DNA from: Rotaria socialis
Lineage: Eukaryota
Assembly (NCBI GenBank): GCA_905331295.1
Contig: CAJNYD010000218.1
Span: 1-50,683, forward strand
Length of the DNA stretch: 50,683 nucleotides
Direction: 5' to 3'
The position numbers and the translations under genes are program-made. The notes under the pieces are model-generated. The model ran no database searches, was not told where the DNA came from, and saw nothing but the letters and a program-made list of their open reading frames with translations. Of this stretch, positions 13,286 to 27,208 are shown in pieces (positions within the stretch are counted from its first letter, which is position 1; every line of letters starts with the position of its first letter).

Positions 13286-13661
13286 TACATTGTAATACGC
13301 TCATGTTCAAAACCATATGCACATGCACTCACACCACACAATTTATCCACACCTGACATTTATAGCACATATACAATTCAGTTTCCATAAGTTCTTATCT
13401 TTTACTGAAAGACATTATCTGTATAATGTTATTTCATTTTTGACAGGATAGGTTATCTTTATCTTGTAATTTCAAGTGGTTAAAAAAAGTAACTTGAATT
13501 AAGATTCATTATTGCAATGCTTTTCTCAGAAATATTCTGTATAAGGAAAAAGCCAACATAAATTTCATGAAGATCAAGATAAGAATGAGCATATGCTTAT
13601 ATGTAAGGTGACATTGTCTTGTAAAAGGACAGAGTAACGTAGAGAAAATATTATTCTCACA

Positions 13662-16600
13662 ATGATTGCTACTATACTCATCGCATTTTGTTTGGTTGCT
13701 GTATCAGCCACCGAAGAAGGTTTGTTGATTAAACATGAAATTCAACAAGCAATTAAGTTTCAATAATTGCAATTCTTATTCATCCCGATTTTAGTAATTA
13801 ACAGACCACAAGGCGTGTGCCTGATCTTCGGCGACCCACATCTTCGTACATTTCCTCCACGACCTCTAGGCTATAGACCACAACTTTGGTGCAAAGAGGC
13901 TGGCAACTATGTCATCATTGAAAATCAATATGTTAAAGGCGTCATTACAGTAACAGACACGCCATGGATAACTGAACGGGTAATATTTTTTGTAGATAGT
14001 GTATTAATATATGCGCAACTGTTTTCAAACTTTTTCAGTTTCAATTTACTTTTTTCAATGGCAGCAAACTTCTATGTACTATCAATGATAATAATAAGCA
14101 GTGTCCTGGCCAAAATGGTATAAAATACTTAATTTTCAAATGGTGTCTGAATAACGCTTACTGTTTATTTAGACGTCGAAGTGAGTGGAAATCCCAGATA
14201 CATCATTATTATGCACAAAGATCTCGGTTTCAGGATTGAGATAAATCAGATTGGCGACGTATACCTCTTTTGCGATCTTTTCATGAAATTTAGTTTATCA
14301 CCTTGTTTTGTGTTTCAGACTCAATACGAGAATATCAACATTCACATGGATTTTGACTTGATCGGTGTATCACACGGTCTTTGCATAAGTGCCCCTCGCG
14401 GTTGTGTTTACGAGGCTGGAAGACGTCATCATGAACTGGCCATTGTGAATCCTAGTCTTAGGCAAAGATTGACAAGTGAACTTGCTGTACCGATTTGTGA
14501 AGAATATCTCGAAAGATCTATCCAAACAGCGTCCATGCTCCAACTGCCAGCCAGTCCGGATATGGTTGAAAACATGCGTATAGCATGCGAAAATGATGTT
14601 CAAACAACTGGTGATCCAAAGGTAACACATCTTCAGTAGAAATTTATGGCCATGAAGTTGAAGAACTATTTCAATTATTTTTAAGGCAGGTGCAGGCATC
14701 ATAGGAGTACTTGTATCGGAGGGTATGAGCGGTTTAGTAGTAACAAATGCTCAATTTCTTAACATGTCGATGCACAATGCCATTATTGTCGAGGAAGCAT
14801 TGAATAATGCAACTGTACATATCGATGCCATTATTGCTCAGGCCATCACAGCTCAACCATCTATACAAGAGAGTACTGCATACGAACTATTTCCAGGAGC
14901 ATCCACTTCTATTTCTACTAATCCAATATCTACATCAACTCTAAGTAGTGCAGATTCACCATGGAAAATGTTTTAAATCATTCTATTTCTTTCATCTTTT
15001 CAGTTGCAACACCTGACGTGAAAAGTTTACAACTATGTCATGTGTGGGGTGATCCGCATATTCTTCAATTTTCTCAAAGGCCAACAACAACACGCTATCA
15101 ATATTGGTGCAAGGATGTTGGCAAACAACAATTACTGAAAAATAAATATGTTAGTGCTACAATAACAGTTCATACGCAAAACTGGATTATTGATGAGGTA
15201 AATAACGATCGAGAGAGATTTCTTACTGATCAAACTTTTCAAAATAAATTCAGTTTAAGTTCACATTTTTTGATGACGATGGAACCATTCTTTGCTCCAT
15301 GGATAATAGCCAACAAAGTTGCAATAGTTCGAGTAAGTCTATATAGTGTGGATATGTGATATATCTGCATCTTTCCGATTAATTCGCGACTACTTCCTTC
15401 TGTCAACATACGTTTTTCGATGATGTTATGATTTGCAATGAAGAATGAAAATATGCAGATTTCCAAAAATTCCACATAAAAATTGAAAACTTCTATTACA
15501 ACTTTCGAAATAACTAGCTTAGCCTCATAATTTCTTCTCTACAACCACATTCAATAACGAATCATAGTAACATTACAGTATTTCAGCCTAAATAACTCAG
15601 AGGAATTCACCAAGTAACTCGAGATCTGATGAACTGATTATAGTGATCAGCTTCTTGAATATGCAGAACATCGCATTTGTCTAATCAACATTTTTTAGAA
15701 TTCCATAGGCACACTGTATAAAAATACCATATCAAGTCATAGTTCTCAAAAAGTAAACGGCTCGATGCGAAATAACACTTCGTCAAGCTTGCGCTGAGAT
15801 ATTTTTGTTTCTATTTATTAAGTTGTTTGAATAGATCGAGCCCACTCTAGAATAGGTCATACTGGACCAACTTCCAAAGATCAAAATGCTTAGAAAACCT
15901 TCATGTACAACTGAAGTAGTTCTATCAGATTTCACATTTCAATACTATAAAAATCTCGTAAAATAGATTTATCGACCTATTCATATTTTGACATTTTACG
16001 GTTTGAAGCAGGCGACATCGGCCACATTTTAAGATTATCGTTATTGAAAACATGATGATAATTCAATTTCATCATTCTTTCCAATCACTTGAAATTGTGA
16101 TGGGCTGTTACGTTTCCCAGATCTTGAGTGTGTGGGTGTGGATGACTGTGGATGCAACTCATATTTTATCTCACACCCGACACCCTCAAATTCACACCCA
16201 TATCCGAGTCTCTTCGAGTCCTGACTAAGGCCTAAAAACGATCCAATAGGTAATTCACAGCAGGAGCTATTTCTTTGTTTACGAAAATATTCAACAACTT
16301 ATAATAATTCTTTTACAACAAAAGGAATCGGTATTACACGACCAACACTGGAACAAATGGACATTATCTATTATACAACAGGCATTCGAATATCTGTCCA
16401 TCAGCTTTATCTGGTAAATGTAATATTATTCTTAAGCATTATCTTTACCTAATTTTATGTTGAAGGCTCCTTGGTATGACATCAGTATTTGGATGCCAGC
16501 CGAATTCACAGCACAGTCGTACGGACTATGCATATCTCCCTCACCAACTTGTGAATGGGAAGCGGGGATTGAACAATTGCAGCGACGTTCGCTGCCCAGA

Positions 16601-17947
16601 ATACCGACAAGCAATCGATCCAAGATTGTACAGAAACTGGCCGATAAATTGTGTGAAGAATACATGATGGCTGGCAAGAGCACTATTATTCAACTAGGCC
16701 TAACCCCTAATAGTGTTATTGAAAATGCTGCAAAACTTGCATGTATCGACGATTTAAAATCATCCGGGATAGAAACTGTAAGACAAATAGGAGACTCAAT
16801 ACCATATTTTGAATCTTTTCATTGCTAATAGTGGTGTACTTAGATGTTAGTATTTAGGTATCCCTAATTATTTCACGTTTGTTTTTAAATGTATATTCGG
16901 TCCACCAAACACTTGAAAAAATTAAGTGTACGTAACTTCATTTTCTGGTCATAGAGAAGATACTGCAACTAATCAAAGAAAGAGTGTTTATATATAGTTT
17001 GGGGTTCCACCAGGGAGTTGCTGATTGCAGAATTAAGTAATTTCGAGATGTATGACTAGTTTTCCAACGAGCATACTAGATTCTGTTACTGTGACCTAAC
17101 AATTTTTTCTGCGCTCACAAAGCTATCCCTTTAGTAATGAAGATTAATGATTCAATTATAATTCTCGACATAGGCCACATTCCAAAAACAAGAAAGATTT
17201 AGATCATAATAATTACGAACTTCCTTTTGGAAAATTGATCTTTTTCATCTTAATAAGCTCTGAAGTCTAGCACAATCAGTGCTTCTTTATGTGAGCATTA
17301 TGGACAGTAAGGCTCCTAAAAATTGTTCCTCAAGGTGTTATTTAATGTTGTTAGCACAGGATCATATGTATTTTTTACAGAAGGAACTACCGAATAACAA
17401 ATTAGAGAACTGAGTAGTAGTTTTATCGAGTTACTTCTGGATGTGACTCCATGTTAGGGTCTGACATCTTTATCTATATGTTGGAGGTCAACATTCTCTT
17501 GTTTGTTTGTTTTCTCTCGTTCTTCTCCCTTTTTGTTTATTGTTATGAAACAGTTATGTCTTATACGTAATAAAGAAAGCCCTGTGAACTCAGGACATAA
17601 CACTCCAGCTTGTAGTTTTATCTTCACTTTAGTTTGGTTCTGGTATCATGCATCTTATGATGTCAGAAGCGATCAGTGGAGCACGTCCTGACACATATGC
17701 TCAGCTGGACGTTTTAATAACAAATGGAGCAACAGCGTTATCTCCGACAATAGCAAATGTTTCACAGCAAATTGACAATTTGATTACTGAAACGCTGGAT
17801 ACGACTGCCCAACCATCTACCACTATTAACATAGTGACAGAAGATTCCAATCCAACCACGCCTCCGTTTTCGAGTGCAAGTGGCGATTTTCTGCATATTG
17901 GATATTTCTATTTATTTTTGATCATTCATTTGCTCAATATTTTCTAA
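13662..17947 (+). CDS. Secreted, probably GPI-anchored protein with two tandem RGM-like GDPH/VWD modules (multi-exon)
   Basis: Signal-peptide exon MIATILIAFCLVAVSATEE (13662-13719). Module 1: CLIFGDPHLRTF...WCKEAG...GLCIS...ICEEY...ACENDV. Ser/Thr linker. Module 2: CHVWGDPHILQF...WCKDVG...GLCIS...LCEEY...ACIDDL. Thr/Pro-rich stalk and hydrophobic C-terminus (..SSASGDFLHIGYFYLFLIIHLLNIF). GT-AG introns, including two long ones (~15333-16320 and ~16777-17631). Confidence 0.78.
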
Positions 17948-19233
17948 CTGTTTCTTAACTGATTGCGTTCATGGGCAGTCATTTTAATGAGAATAAACCA
18001 GAAAAATTGCTTCAATCGCCACATTTTGAAAAAGTTACAAAGCTATAGTAGGATCATTTCTTTTCAGTGAAAATTAAAAAAGGAATATCTTATATCAGAA
18101 GTTGCAGAATGTCTACTCAGGAGAATTCAGAATTCTGTGGACTTATCGATTTAAAGAAAAAACGATGCTTATAGAATAGAATTCTATATTATTATGATTA
18201 AAGTATTTAAATGTGGGTGTTCATGTGATATTAAAATTCTACTCAGGGTGGTTTGAATTCGGTTTAGAATACGTAGAGTTCTAGTTTTTTGCCGGATCTT
18301 CTTCAAGCGAAACAGTAGTCAGTCATATAATGTCCTTATATTAATTTCAATGTTGATTGAATGTAGGCATGCATCGAATCCGGGTAGTACCGAGATCCAG
18401 GTAGTTCGGGTTCGGTGAATGCCTACTCACAACCGCATCCAATGTTATACTGTTATTAAACGTAGGGAAATTAAACAATACATTCGTGGAAATTAGCAAG
18501 CACAAACTTGCAAAATTCGATTGCTAAAAAGTATGAGCTGAGATCAGTAGATTGAACTTGTTTTTTCTTCAAGAGATCAATCAGTTTGCTTGTGATTGAT
18601 TCGTGTATGATTATCTTTCACTATGAATAGCAGAGATCAAACGATGATAGCTATTATTCGGTTTTTCGCCAATATGAGTCCTTTTACTGACGGGCGTCAC
18701 AAGAAGATCAGCTTACCGAAAACTTTTGAAGCAATTATTAGTTCCATTGCGTTGCCATTGTGTGCACTATAATGGCAATGGGGTATTGGTATGGATGTAC
18801 TGATTTCCATTTACTTCATCTCTTTAGTGGCACCCCTCCCTCATTAGCGGGCATAATTCAGGATTATGTTATTTATAAAATGATGATTTATTACTTTTTA
18901 TTACATGTAAACGATATAATTGGCGATAAAAAAACATAACAAGTTTCAATTCAGTCAACAGAATTGACACTTGATGAATGTAGATTGAGTAAAGATAATT
19001 CATAGGTGAAATTGTTTTGGGTACCAGTGTGGGCGAATGTATGCCTGAACGCCTAGATGTTCTGGGTATAGAATTTAAACTCACACCACATTCTGTAACT
19101 AACTATCTGGTAGCTGCAACTTTCCTTCCCTAACTTCTTTGTGTACTCACGGATGCTTCCAATTATCCATCAAAAAAAACAATGGTGTTTTTCTCTTGAA
19201 TATATTTATTTCTATGAACAACAAAAAAATCAA

Positions 19234-19610
19234 TTACAATTTCTTTTTTACATTTTTGATATTCCTCTGCATTGCTAGAAGGTTAGGATGCTTTTCGTAT
19301 CCTAAATTTAGTAAAATAGCTTCTGCACATTCATAAAATGATAATGCATTCATATTAGTCACCTATATTCGAATGCATCACACCTATGTTGTTGTAGGAA
19401 GTGGCTAAAGTTGGATGATTTAAAGGAAGAGCTTTTTCTTCGATTTCCAGTGCTTTTTGATGAAAAAAACGTGCATTTGAATAATCACACATGTTGGAAT
19501 GCGCCAAGCCGATGTTGTTGTAGGAAGTAGCCAAATTTGGATGATTTTCAGGAAGACCCTCTTGGCGAATTTCTAATGCTTTTCGATAATACGAAATTGC
19601 ATTATAATAG
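19234..19610 (-). pseudogene. 3' remnant of a TPR-repeat gene (HPxLATSYNNIG type)
   Basis: Two repeats of ALEI...LPxNHPxLATSYNNIG. A 1-nt frameshift at ~19355 is followed by MNALSFYECAEAIL...HPNLLAMQRNIKNVKKKL* ending at 19234. The 5' part stops at the boundary of the LTR-like segment. Confidence 0.8.
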
Positions 19611-20292
19611 TGTGCCAAGAAGTACGCCCCTCATAAAGGACGAGATTAGATAGGGGTTATATGAACCACTGGACGTCCGCTCATAAGTCATAGAACTAAT
19701 GAACATATAGTCGTGACGTAATTGGACTTATAGTGCTAATGGACATCCTTGTATATGACGACACATAATCACCCACTGAACAATACGTAATCGTTCCCTG
19801 TATTTTTTTCTTTCTCTATATCATTTTCTCCCTATATATCTTTTCGTCTCTATGCATTTTCTCTCTTTGTTTCTCTCTCTCCTATTTATATTTCTCCTTA
19901 TTCTCTCTCTAGTATAAAAACTCGCGTTCCATAAGCAGTACGAGAGTAGTATAAGACGAGTAATATTAGAGTAGTGTGTTGGGCAATTGAGTCGAGTTCA
20001 CTTCTAAACAAGTCAAGTTAGAATTTAGTTGTACTTTGTAATACGTACGATTGTATTTGGTTGTATTGAAAGACAACACACAGAACTCATTTTGGACAAG
20101 AATAAACTCATCGTGTGGAATTGTTTGTTAATATTATACACACAGTGGCTAAAATATATATATAGCTGATACTGATCTACACTTTGTTGTCCATCATCCT
20201 ATCAGGATATATACGCAATTCTATATATCCCGATAGTTATTTGAAGAATATTTACGCGCCCTAAATATTTTTCCGTTACAGGTATTAGCACA
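19611..20292 (+). mobile_element. Probable solo LTR (~680 bp)
   Basis: Starts TGTGCCAAGA and ends TATTAGCACA (TG..CA, imperfect inverted termini). CT-rich tract, then TATAAAAA at ~19913 and AATAAA at ~20101. Begins exactly where TPR homology ends. TSD is not clean (atag/attg). Confidence 0.55.
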
Positions 20293-20506
20293 ATTGTTGA
20301 TTTTAATCTCATCAATGTTGCCATTTAGCCACACTAGTCGAAATTTTTGAATAAAATGAGTACACGCTGGATGTTGGTGTCTGATACTTCTTTATTCAGA
20401 TGCTCTAACAACAGCATCGGTACTTTCTGTCAATGCTTTTTTAATATCCATACTATGTGTTGTTTTATCAATGAAAAATCTTTTGAAGATACCTTTAATT
20501 AATATA

Positions 20507-21404
20507 CAGATGTTTGCAAAAACAACTTGAAAAACATTTATTTAAAAAAAATGATTTCTCTACTATTACAAGTAACTACAAAATCCATTTTTGAGGGCTC
20601 AACCCTCGACAGATATACGACACGCTGCATATACAGCAGCGTAATATCTCTCCCTTTCAATACATATTTATTCAATTGTATGATCGACCAATAATTCGAA
20701 AAATCACAAAATTTCAATATTACATATGTGGAACAATAGCATACGATCTGTTTCTCGTATTTATCGTGAAATAAAAATCTAGTGAGGCCTATCTATTACA
20801 ATATTGACAAATTAGAAGAAGCAGGTTCTCTTAAACATCGAAGTGAAAATGGTCGAGAACGCGCCCTTGGTGAAACAGAAAAGAAACCTATCGCTCAATA
20901 CATTCGATGTGACAATGAAATAACCCTTAGCTAATTAAAAGAAAATTTATCCAACCTGTACCACACATCAGTGTCGACATCAATGGTTAGCCGTCAACGT
21001 CATGAATTTAGTTATAAATATGTTTTACCACAATCTACTCATATGTTAACACCGGATGAAAAAGAGCGCCCTATACAATGGGCTAAGAAACATAAAAATG
21101 ATGATTTTACTGATAACGAAACTGCTATACGAAACGTTTGAAGAGGGCTCCTATTTAATCAACATTTTTCACGTGGAGAAGTCAAAAATGTTGAAATTTC
21201 GATTATAGATATTTTTGTTGGATACAAGAAAAAGAGATGTTTGTCTCATTTTTCTTCTAAAAGTGATAAGTTGGCATATCAAATTATGGTGTCGTGTAGT
21301 ACTCATCCGATGCTATCCACCAAAGTATAAAACAATTCGAAAAACAATTTTCTAGATGATGATATCTGTAAAAGAAGTTATGCAGATTGTTTTGCAAACA
21401 CCTG
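20507..21404 (+). mobile_element. Internally deleted, degenerate Tc1-like transposon
   Basis: TA-flanked imperfect TIRs CAGATGTTTGCAAAA / TTTTGCAAACACCTG. Internal relic translates as YYNIDKLEEAGSLKHRSENGRERAL...IAQYIR...HMLTPDEKERPIQWAKKHKNDDF (Tc1 HTH region). No DDE domain seen. Confidence 0.8.
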
Positions 21405-23555
21405 TAGCATACTAATTTTTTTCTGTGGCTTGTTGCTCTCGCTTAAGCCATGTTTTTATTTGTTTTCGGCGAGTTTCTCCTTTTGTATAATGTTATTATC
21501 AGTAAGTGTATGGGTATGGGTGTGGGTGTAAGAGGAGAGGTGAGGGTGGTTTGTCAGGAAAGAGATGAAGGTGGAGTGATTTCTCTTCTACTGATCATTC
21601 AGATCCCGAATTATATCCTCACACCCTATAGTGTCTGGCCACCAGATTGATAATTAACTCGATGTAATCAAGGTATCTTTGAAAGTATTCTTTATATTGA
21701 GGTTTAGCCTTTTGGGGTGTAGATATGTGTGTAGGTCTCTGGGTATGAATGAATAAACGAAAAACACCCACACTCACCCACCCTCAAGATTTGTCTGTAG
21801 TTCGTGCTTTTCACAATCATTTTTGAAAAAATCTCTACCTGAAATAAAGATGAAAATTTGCGACGTAGAAATTTTATTACACAAGAAACAAGTCAACGAT
21901 GCGTTAGAAGTATGTACATTTGGATGCTTTGTCTGAACTCAATGTTTAAGTAATATATTTTGCTAGATATTGCTTGAAATTATTGATGAGGGTGCGTGTG
22001 GGTGTGGGTGTGAATTCCACATCCACACCTAAAAAATCCGAAGAAATTAATAAACAAATAGTTTTTGACAATGATCTCAGTCTTATATAGAAAAGCATGT
22101 TCAATCAACTCTATATGTGGTTTAATTATTTGACCAAGTGATAACGCCAAAAATCATTTTTAGATTGATAACCTCGATTTTGAACAAAGCGCTTAATACA
22201 ATAAAACCTGATAAGTTCAGAGGAAACGTTTTTTTTTCCCGAGAAATTGGATACGCAATTGAAAGGGATGCGTATTAATAAGTGAATACTTTTTTAAATT
22301 AAGTATTGTGATATTATTTTACCAATTTTAAACTTAAAATTTAGAAAGAAATCGACACTATGTTCCTTAATCATGGCATTGAATGATTTGACTTTTTTCG
22401 TTTCCTTAAATACTGTAATTTTCTTTTTCCTTCGTTCTATTATGGGGATTTACCGGTGTTAAAGCCTGATCATTTTTCTTGATAACGTTCGTAATTGCTG
22501 TTCAAACTATGCTGATAAATGTCATTCCAAGCTACCCAAGTCAAAGAAGTATGGTAGTCTCTGTTAAATTAGACTCGAGTAGTGCCTCACGCCTCATATT
22601 AGAGGGTGGGCTGTGAATTTGGGGTGAAATTATGTATATTCATTTTATCGGTACCCACAACCACAAAATGTTTCATCAATGAATCAATAACACAATTAAT
22701 AAGATTAGAAGACAGAATAAGGTATTTGAATTTTTACTCTTAGTTTGATAATAAACGAATATGATTTAATTATATTTAGATTGAAAATTGAAAATGAACA
22801 AAACATTGTGATTGATTTTTGGAAAAACAAACTCTCTGGTCTAATCGTCATTGTAGCTCGTACATGACTCCATCGATATGGACATAAATACAAACAGAAT
22901 TATTTAAAAAATATTATCAATTAGTTTATTCGATGATAATTCAATTGAAAATATAATAAAATATATCGTTTTGTCGAAATCAAAAAAGTCCTTTACTGAA
23001 AGCATATTTCGATGGAACAAATTTTCTTGGTGATACATTCGTTTAATTATTTATTTTTCGATTAGACTCATCTCGCATAATTAGACTAGACAAGTACTGA
23101 GCAACTAAATCGATTGGTTATAATTACGAAAAAATATTTTCATATACGAAACTGAAATACATCAAAAATAATACCCGTTTCATCGTCTCGGTTGTCACTT
23201 TTTCGGGGCTGGGTGTAACCGTAGGGAAGACTACAACGCTCACATTATAATCTGCACCCCCTCACACATTCAGGTTGTGGGTATGGGTCTTGAATGTATG
23301 AAAGTCACATACAGTCACAGACCAATTCTTAAAATCTTTAATTGTTATAAATATTTATTTGATAAATTTTGACTAGTCACTTCAATTTCTATTACATATA
23401 GGCTAAAAATAGAAAAATGTCTATTTCACCATTGAAGTATATCATAATAAGTTTTTATCCATGTTAGATACCTAAATTCAGATTACGAATTGATGTTTCT
23501 TTTACGAAACTGTATTAATTGATTATAGGAAAAATAGAAAAAGAAAGAGCAATTA

Positions 23556-25554
23556 TTAAAATGATGTTAAATATATAATAAAAATGGAAATACATATAGA
23601 AAATGCATATTTTATATTCATTGCTGTATTTGTTATTGTTTCATCTGTTTTTTTTATTCCCCAAAGATTATCAGTTCCGAAATATTGCATAGCTGCTTGT
23701 TTACTTTTTATTGTTGTACCAGAAAAATCAATTTGACTTATTTTATTTAGACATGAACGATCTGGTTCAAATTTTGGTGATATGACGAATGTTGCCGCTA
23801 AATTCCAGCCACAATTTCCTTCTTCGCCTGTCATTGGTGCTGCATCTACATTTTTTATTATTTAAATTTTTAAAAATTACTTAGAAAGAAAATTTACTTG
23901 TTGCTGTATGTCCTGTACGTGGCATTTCAATATAGGTAAAGTTTGAATTAATTAATGAATATTGTTTAGAAAAATGTCGGGCAATTGGCACTGGTAATGC
24001 TTGGTCCATATCACCTTGATTCATTCGATAGAATTCTTAAAATTTAGCTTTAAATATAATTAAAAACCTACCATGTAATAATAAAACTGGTAATTTAGTC
24101 ATTTTGGTTGGATATTTTCTATAGTATTGATCAGTCGGATATCCTAATATTTGATATTGTTGAATCGGACAATAAACATCAGGCATTACATGTGTTGAAG
24201 CAAATGTATTCATTGATGCTCCTTTTAAATAATCACATGATGGATTTGTTTCTTCGGGATTGAAAGGAGACCACAATTCAGCAAAATTATTATTTAGTTC
24301 AACTAAAATTGAATATCCTACTGCTCCATCTTCATTGGGTGGTTGCGTTACATTTAAAAAATGTCCTAGAACATTTTGATCATCCAAATTACATCGATTA
24401 ATTCGATAGATCAACGCTGGAAAAAGTTGCATCATATTTGGATAAAATATATACGACATCTAAAGAAATAGATTTTTCTAAACGTTTCTTTTTGCTGTTC
24501 TTTTACTTTTTTTGCAATATCTTCAGTAGTTGTATGTAATAAAGAAAGACAAGATGAATTCGTTTGAAAATCTTCTTGCATTTTATAAGTATAGAGTGCG
24601 CGCATTGGATTTTTATCTTCGAAATATTGGGCACATCCTTCTTCATCTTGCGCACAACGTGTAAATAAGTCTAAAAACATGTAATTTAAATATTTATCCC
24701 CATGAACTAATCGTGTTATATCAGTGGGTAATACAGAATCAAGTATAACTCCGTCGACTTGTTCGTTATCTTGAGTCACATGAAGATATCTTTGTAGAAG
24801 ATAAGTTCCTTGACTTGATCCCATTAAAATAACACGTTGATTTGAGTTTAAATTTTGACGATTACTACCCATAATTACTTTTAAAATATATTCTAAATCA
24901 CGTGCTGTATTTGTGTATGTATTTTGTTTTAAACGATATTCATTATCTCTTATATACGGTAAACAAGCTGTGAAATTTTTAACAATCGATGTTGGACATT
25001 CGATTAAACTGCTTTGGCCAACACCACGTTTATCTGTCACATATATTGATACTGAACCATTCAATGCACTAACAACACCAACAGCTTCTAATTCTAAACT
25101 AGTCACTGGAATACCACCGCCACCTATCAAAGAAAAATTATTTATATATATATAATTTTATTTAATATACCTGGTATTCTCCATAAATGATGAGATTGAT
25201 TTTGATATCCCAATAGAAAATAACGTTTAACAAATACTTGTATAGTTTGTGTACATGTCGTGAAATTCGTTGTATTCCAATTGATAGGAACATTTAAAAA
25301 CATACATTGCGCATAAATATTATTTATTGTTACAGGCTAGAAAAGTATTGAAATAGTTTGCAAATATATATATATGAATATATTAAATAAAATACTCCAT
25401 CTGAAAGAACAGAACAACTAGACCAATTTGCTTCAACAATCGGCCAAGAATTTAAAGGTAAACAGCTTTGGCCATTGGCAACATTTGAAAATATTTCAAG
25501 TAAAAGTATAATACTCGATAGAAACCATTTTGTAGAATACCAACGCAGCAGCAT
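23556..25554 (-). CDS. Secreted alpha/beta-hydrolase, TAP-like/S33 serine peptidase type, with hydrophobic C-terminus (multi-exon)
   Basis: Signal-like N-terminus. AQCMFLNVPINW, IGGGGIP, DKRGVGQS, nucleophile GSSQG, GVILDSV, PVLLLHG(DMD) acid, MPRTGHT His. Exons joined by short GT-AG introns. Confidence 0.82.
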
Positions 25555-26509
25555 TGTCAATTGATAATTACTTGTATAATTTTCTTCTTAAATATATAAC
25601 TTGTTTTTTACTAATAGATGTAAAATAATCTTTTATTTGTCAAAAATAGTTTGCGTTGCGATGAATGATTCATAAAAACAGATCCTTGTGTAAATATTAT
25701 TATTGGCGCATATACTTTGATAACGTATACGTCAACATAACATATAGAGTTACCATTACTTCTTTTTTAATAGATTTTAAACGTACACCTTTATCGCTAG
25801 TCATCGAGGCATTAGTGATTAACTAGAGTACGTTTGTTTTTTTAACTCATATTTTTCTGTTCGATTCTTAAGAAACAGTTCACAACTTCATAACTATTCT
25901 GAACATTTTATGATAAAAGGTGACTAAGATTACTATAAATATAATCTAATCGCAAATTGAATATGAAAATTAAATATCAATAGTTCTTCAATAGTTCGAG
26001 CGATGGACTATCTATGTTGTATGACTTTATCTGAATAGATTGCTACTCATCCCAAGGTAACACCGGATCGCCCTATGCGATATGAATAGTAAAATCTACT
26101 GCAATAGAAATCGAGATCTTAACTAATCAAGTCTGTTTTTCACCATCATTTTAAAATATGTAACAATTGTTTTTTAGTCATGTTTATTAAAAGGAGTTCA
26201 ACGTTATTTCTTACATCCTAAAAGCATAGTTGTGCTAGATCACGCGATACCGAAAATTTCTTCATGTTGTTCGATTTTCCCGATCAACTAAACCAATTAA
26301 CAAAAAATTCTAGTGATGATAATACACCACGAGGAGCATTTTCAATCGAATAAACAAGTATATTGATATTAAAAATAGTGGTAGTTTAAGTTTTGGACAA
26401 ACAGGAAGATATTATTATTCTAGTAAATGAACATGATTTTCTATGTCATTTCAATTATATCCCCTCGAGTTGGTGGGGAATTTGATTTTGCGGCAAAATC
26501 AAAATGCTT

Positions 26510-26598
26510 ATACCGCAATACCGCAATACCGCAAATGTTATTGCGGTATTGCGGTATTGCGGTATAGTGGCATTGCGGTATAGCGGCAGTGCGGTATA
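26510..26598. repeat. Inverted arrays of an 8-mer (ATACCGCA x3 / TGCGGTAT x3 or more)
   Basis: ataccgcaataccgcaataccgca-aatgttat-tgcggtattgcggtattgcggtat, read directly from the sequence. Confidence 0.8.
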
Positions 26599-27208
26599 GC
26601 AGTAGCTAGATGTTACATATCCCTTACAGAGACAAACCGGCAAGGGGGAGAAGGTACCACCCCCGCACCCTCACTAGGTACCCCATCCCCACACACTCAC
26701 TGGGTACCCCTCCCCACACCCACAGTAGGTACCAATCCTCGCATCCACACTAGGTACCCNCCCACACCCACACCCTCGCACCCACACCCTCACCCACGTC
26801 CACACCCTCTCCGCATATAATGTTACATCATGCATGAAATGGACATAGGATGCATGTAGCTGGAAGAACTCATACTCACACATGCAACATCCTGTTTTCT
26901 TCGAAAAAAAAATGCAACACACGGCAAATTACTCAGACTGTGTTGCGCCGTACATTGTTTCATCAGTGATTCGCAGAAAAAGTGAACTTGAGTATTTTAT
27001 GCACCTACGTTTTCTCGGAATTTTACGCTGTCAAAAGACGAAGGCATATACTTGTGTAGATGAGTGTTTACAATGTAGCCTAGACATAGTAACTATTGTG
27101 CAGCGTGGTGCTTCGATCGACAAAGCATGGAAAGTAAACACCTATATAAAGCAGTATGCATACTGTGATTTTCTTCATTGTACAGTGTTATTAATTCAAG
27201 AAAAAATT

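Noticed and set aside
18364..18425. Small inverted repeat taggcatgcatcgaa...ttcggtgaatgccta
   Set aside because: Too short and lacks a TSD; probably a MITE remnant but not supportable.
26882..27208. N-terminal extension of ORF 26882-27448
   Set aside because: A TATA box at ~27143 and a clear signal peptide starting at ATG 27209 indicate the upstream part is non-coding.
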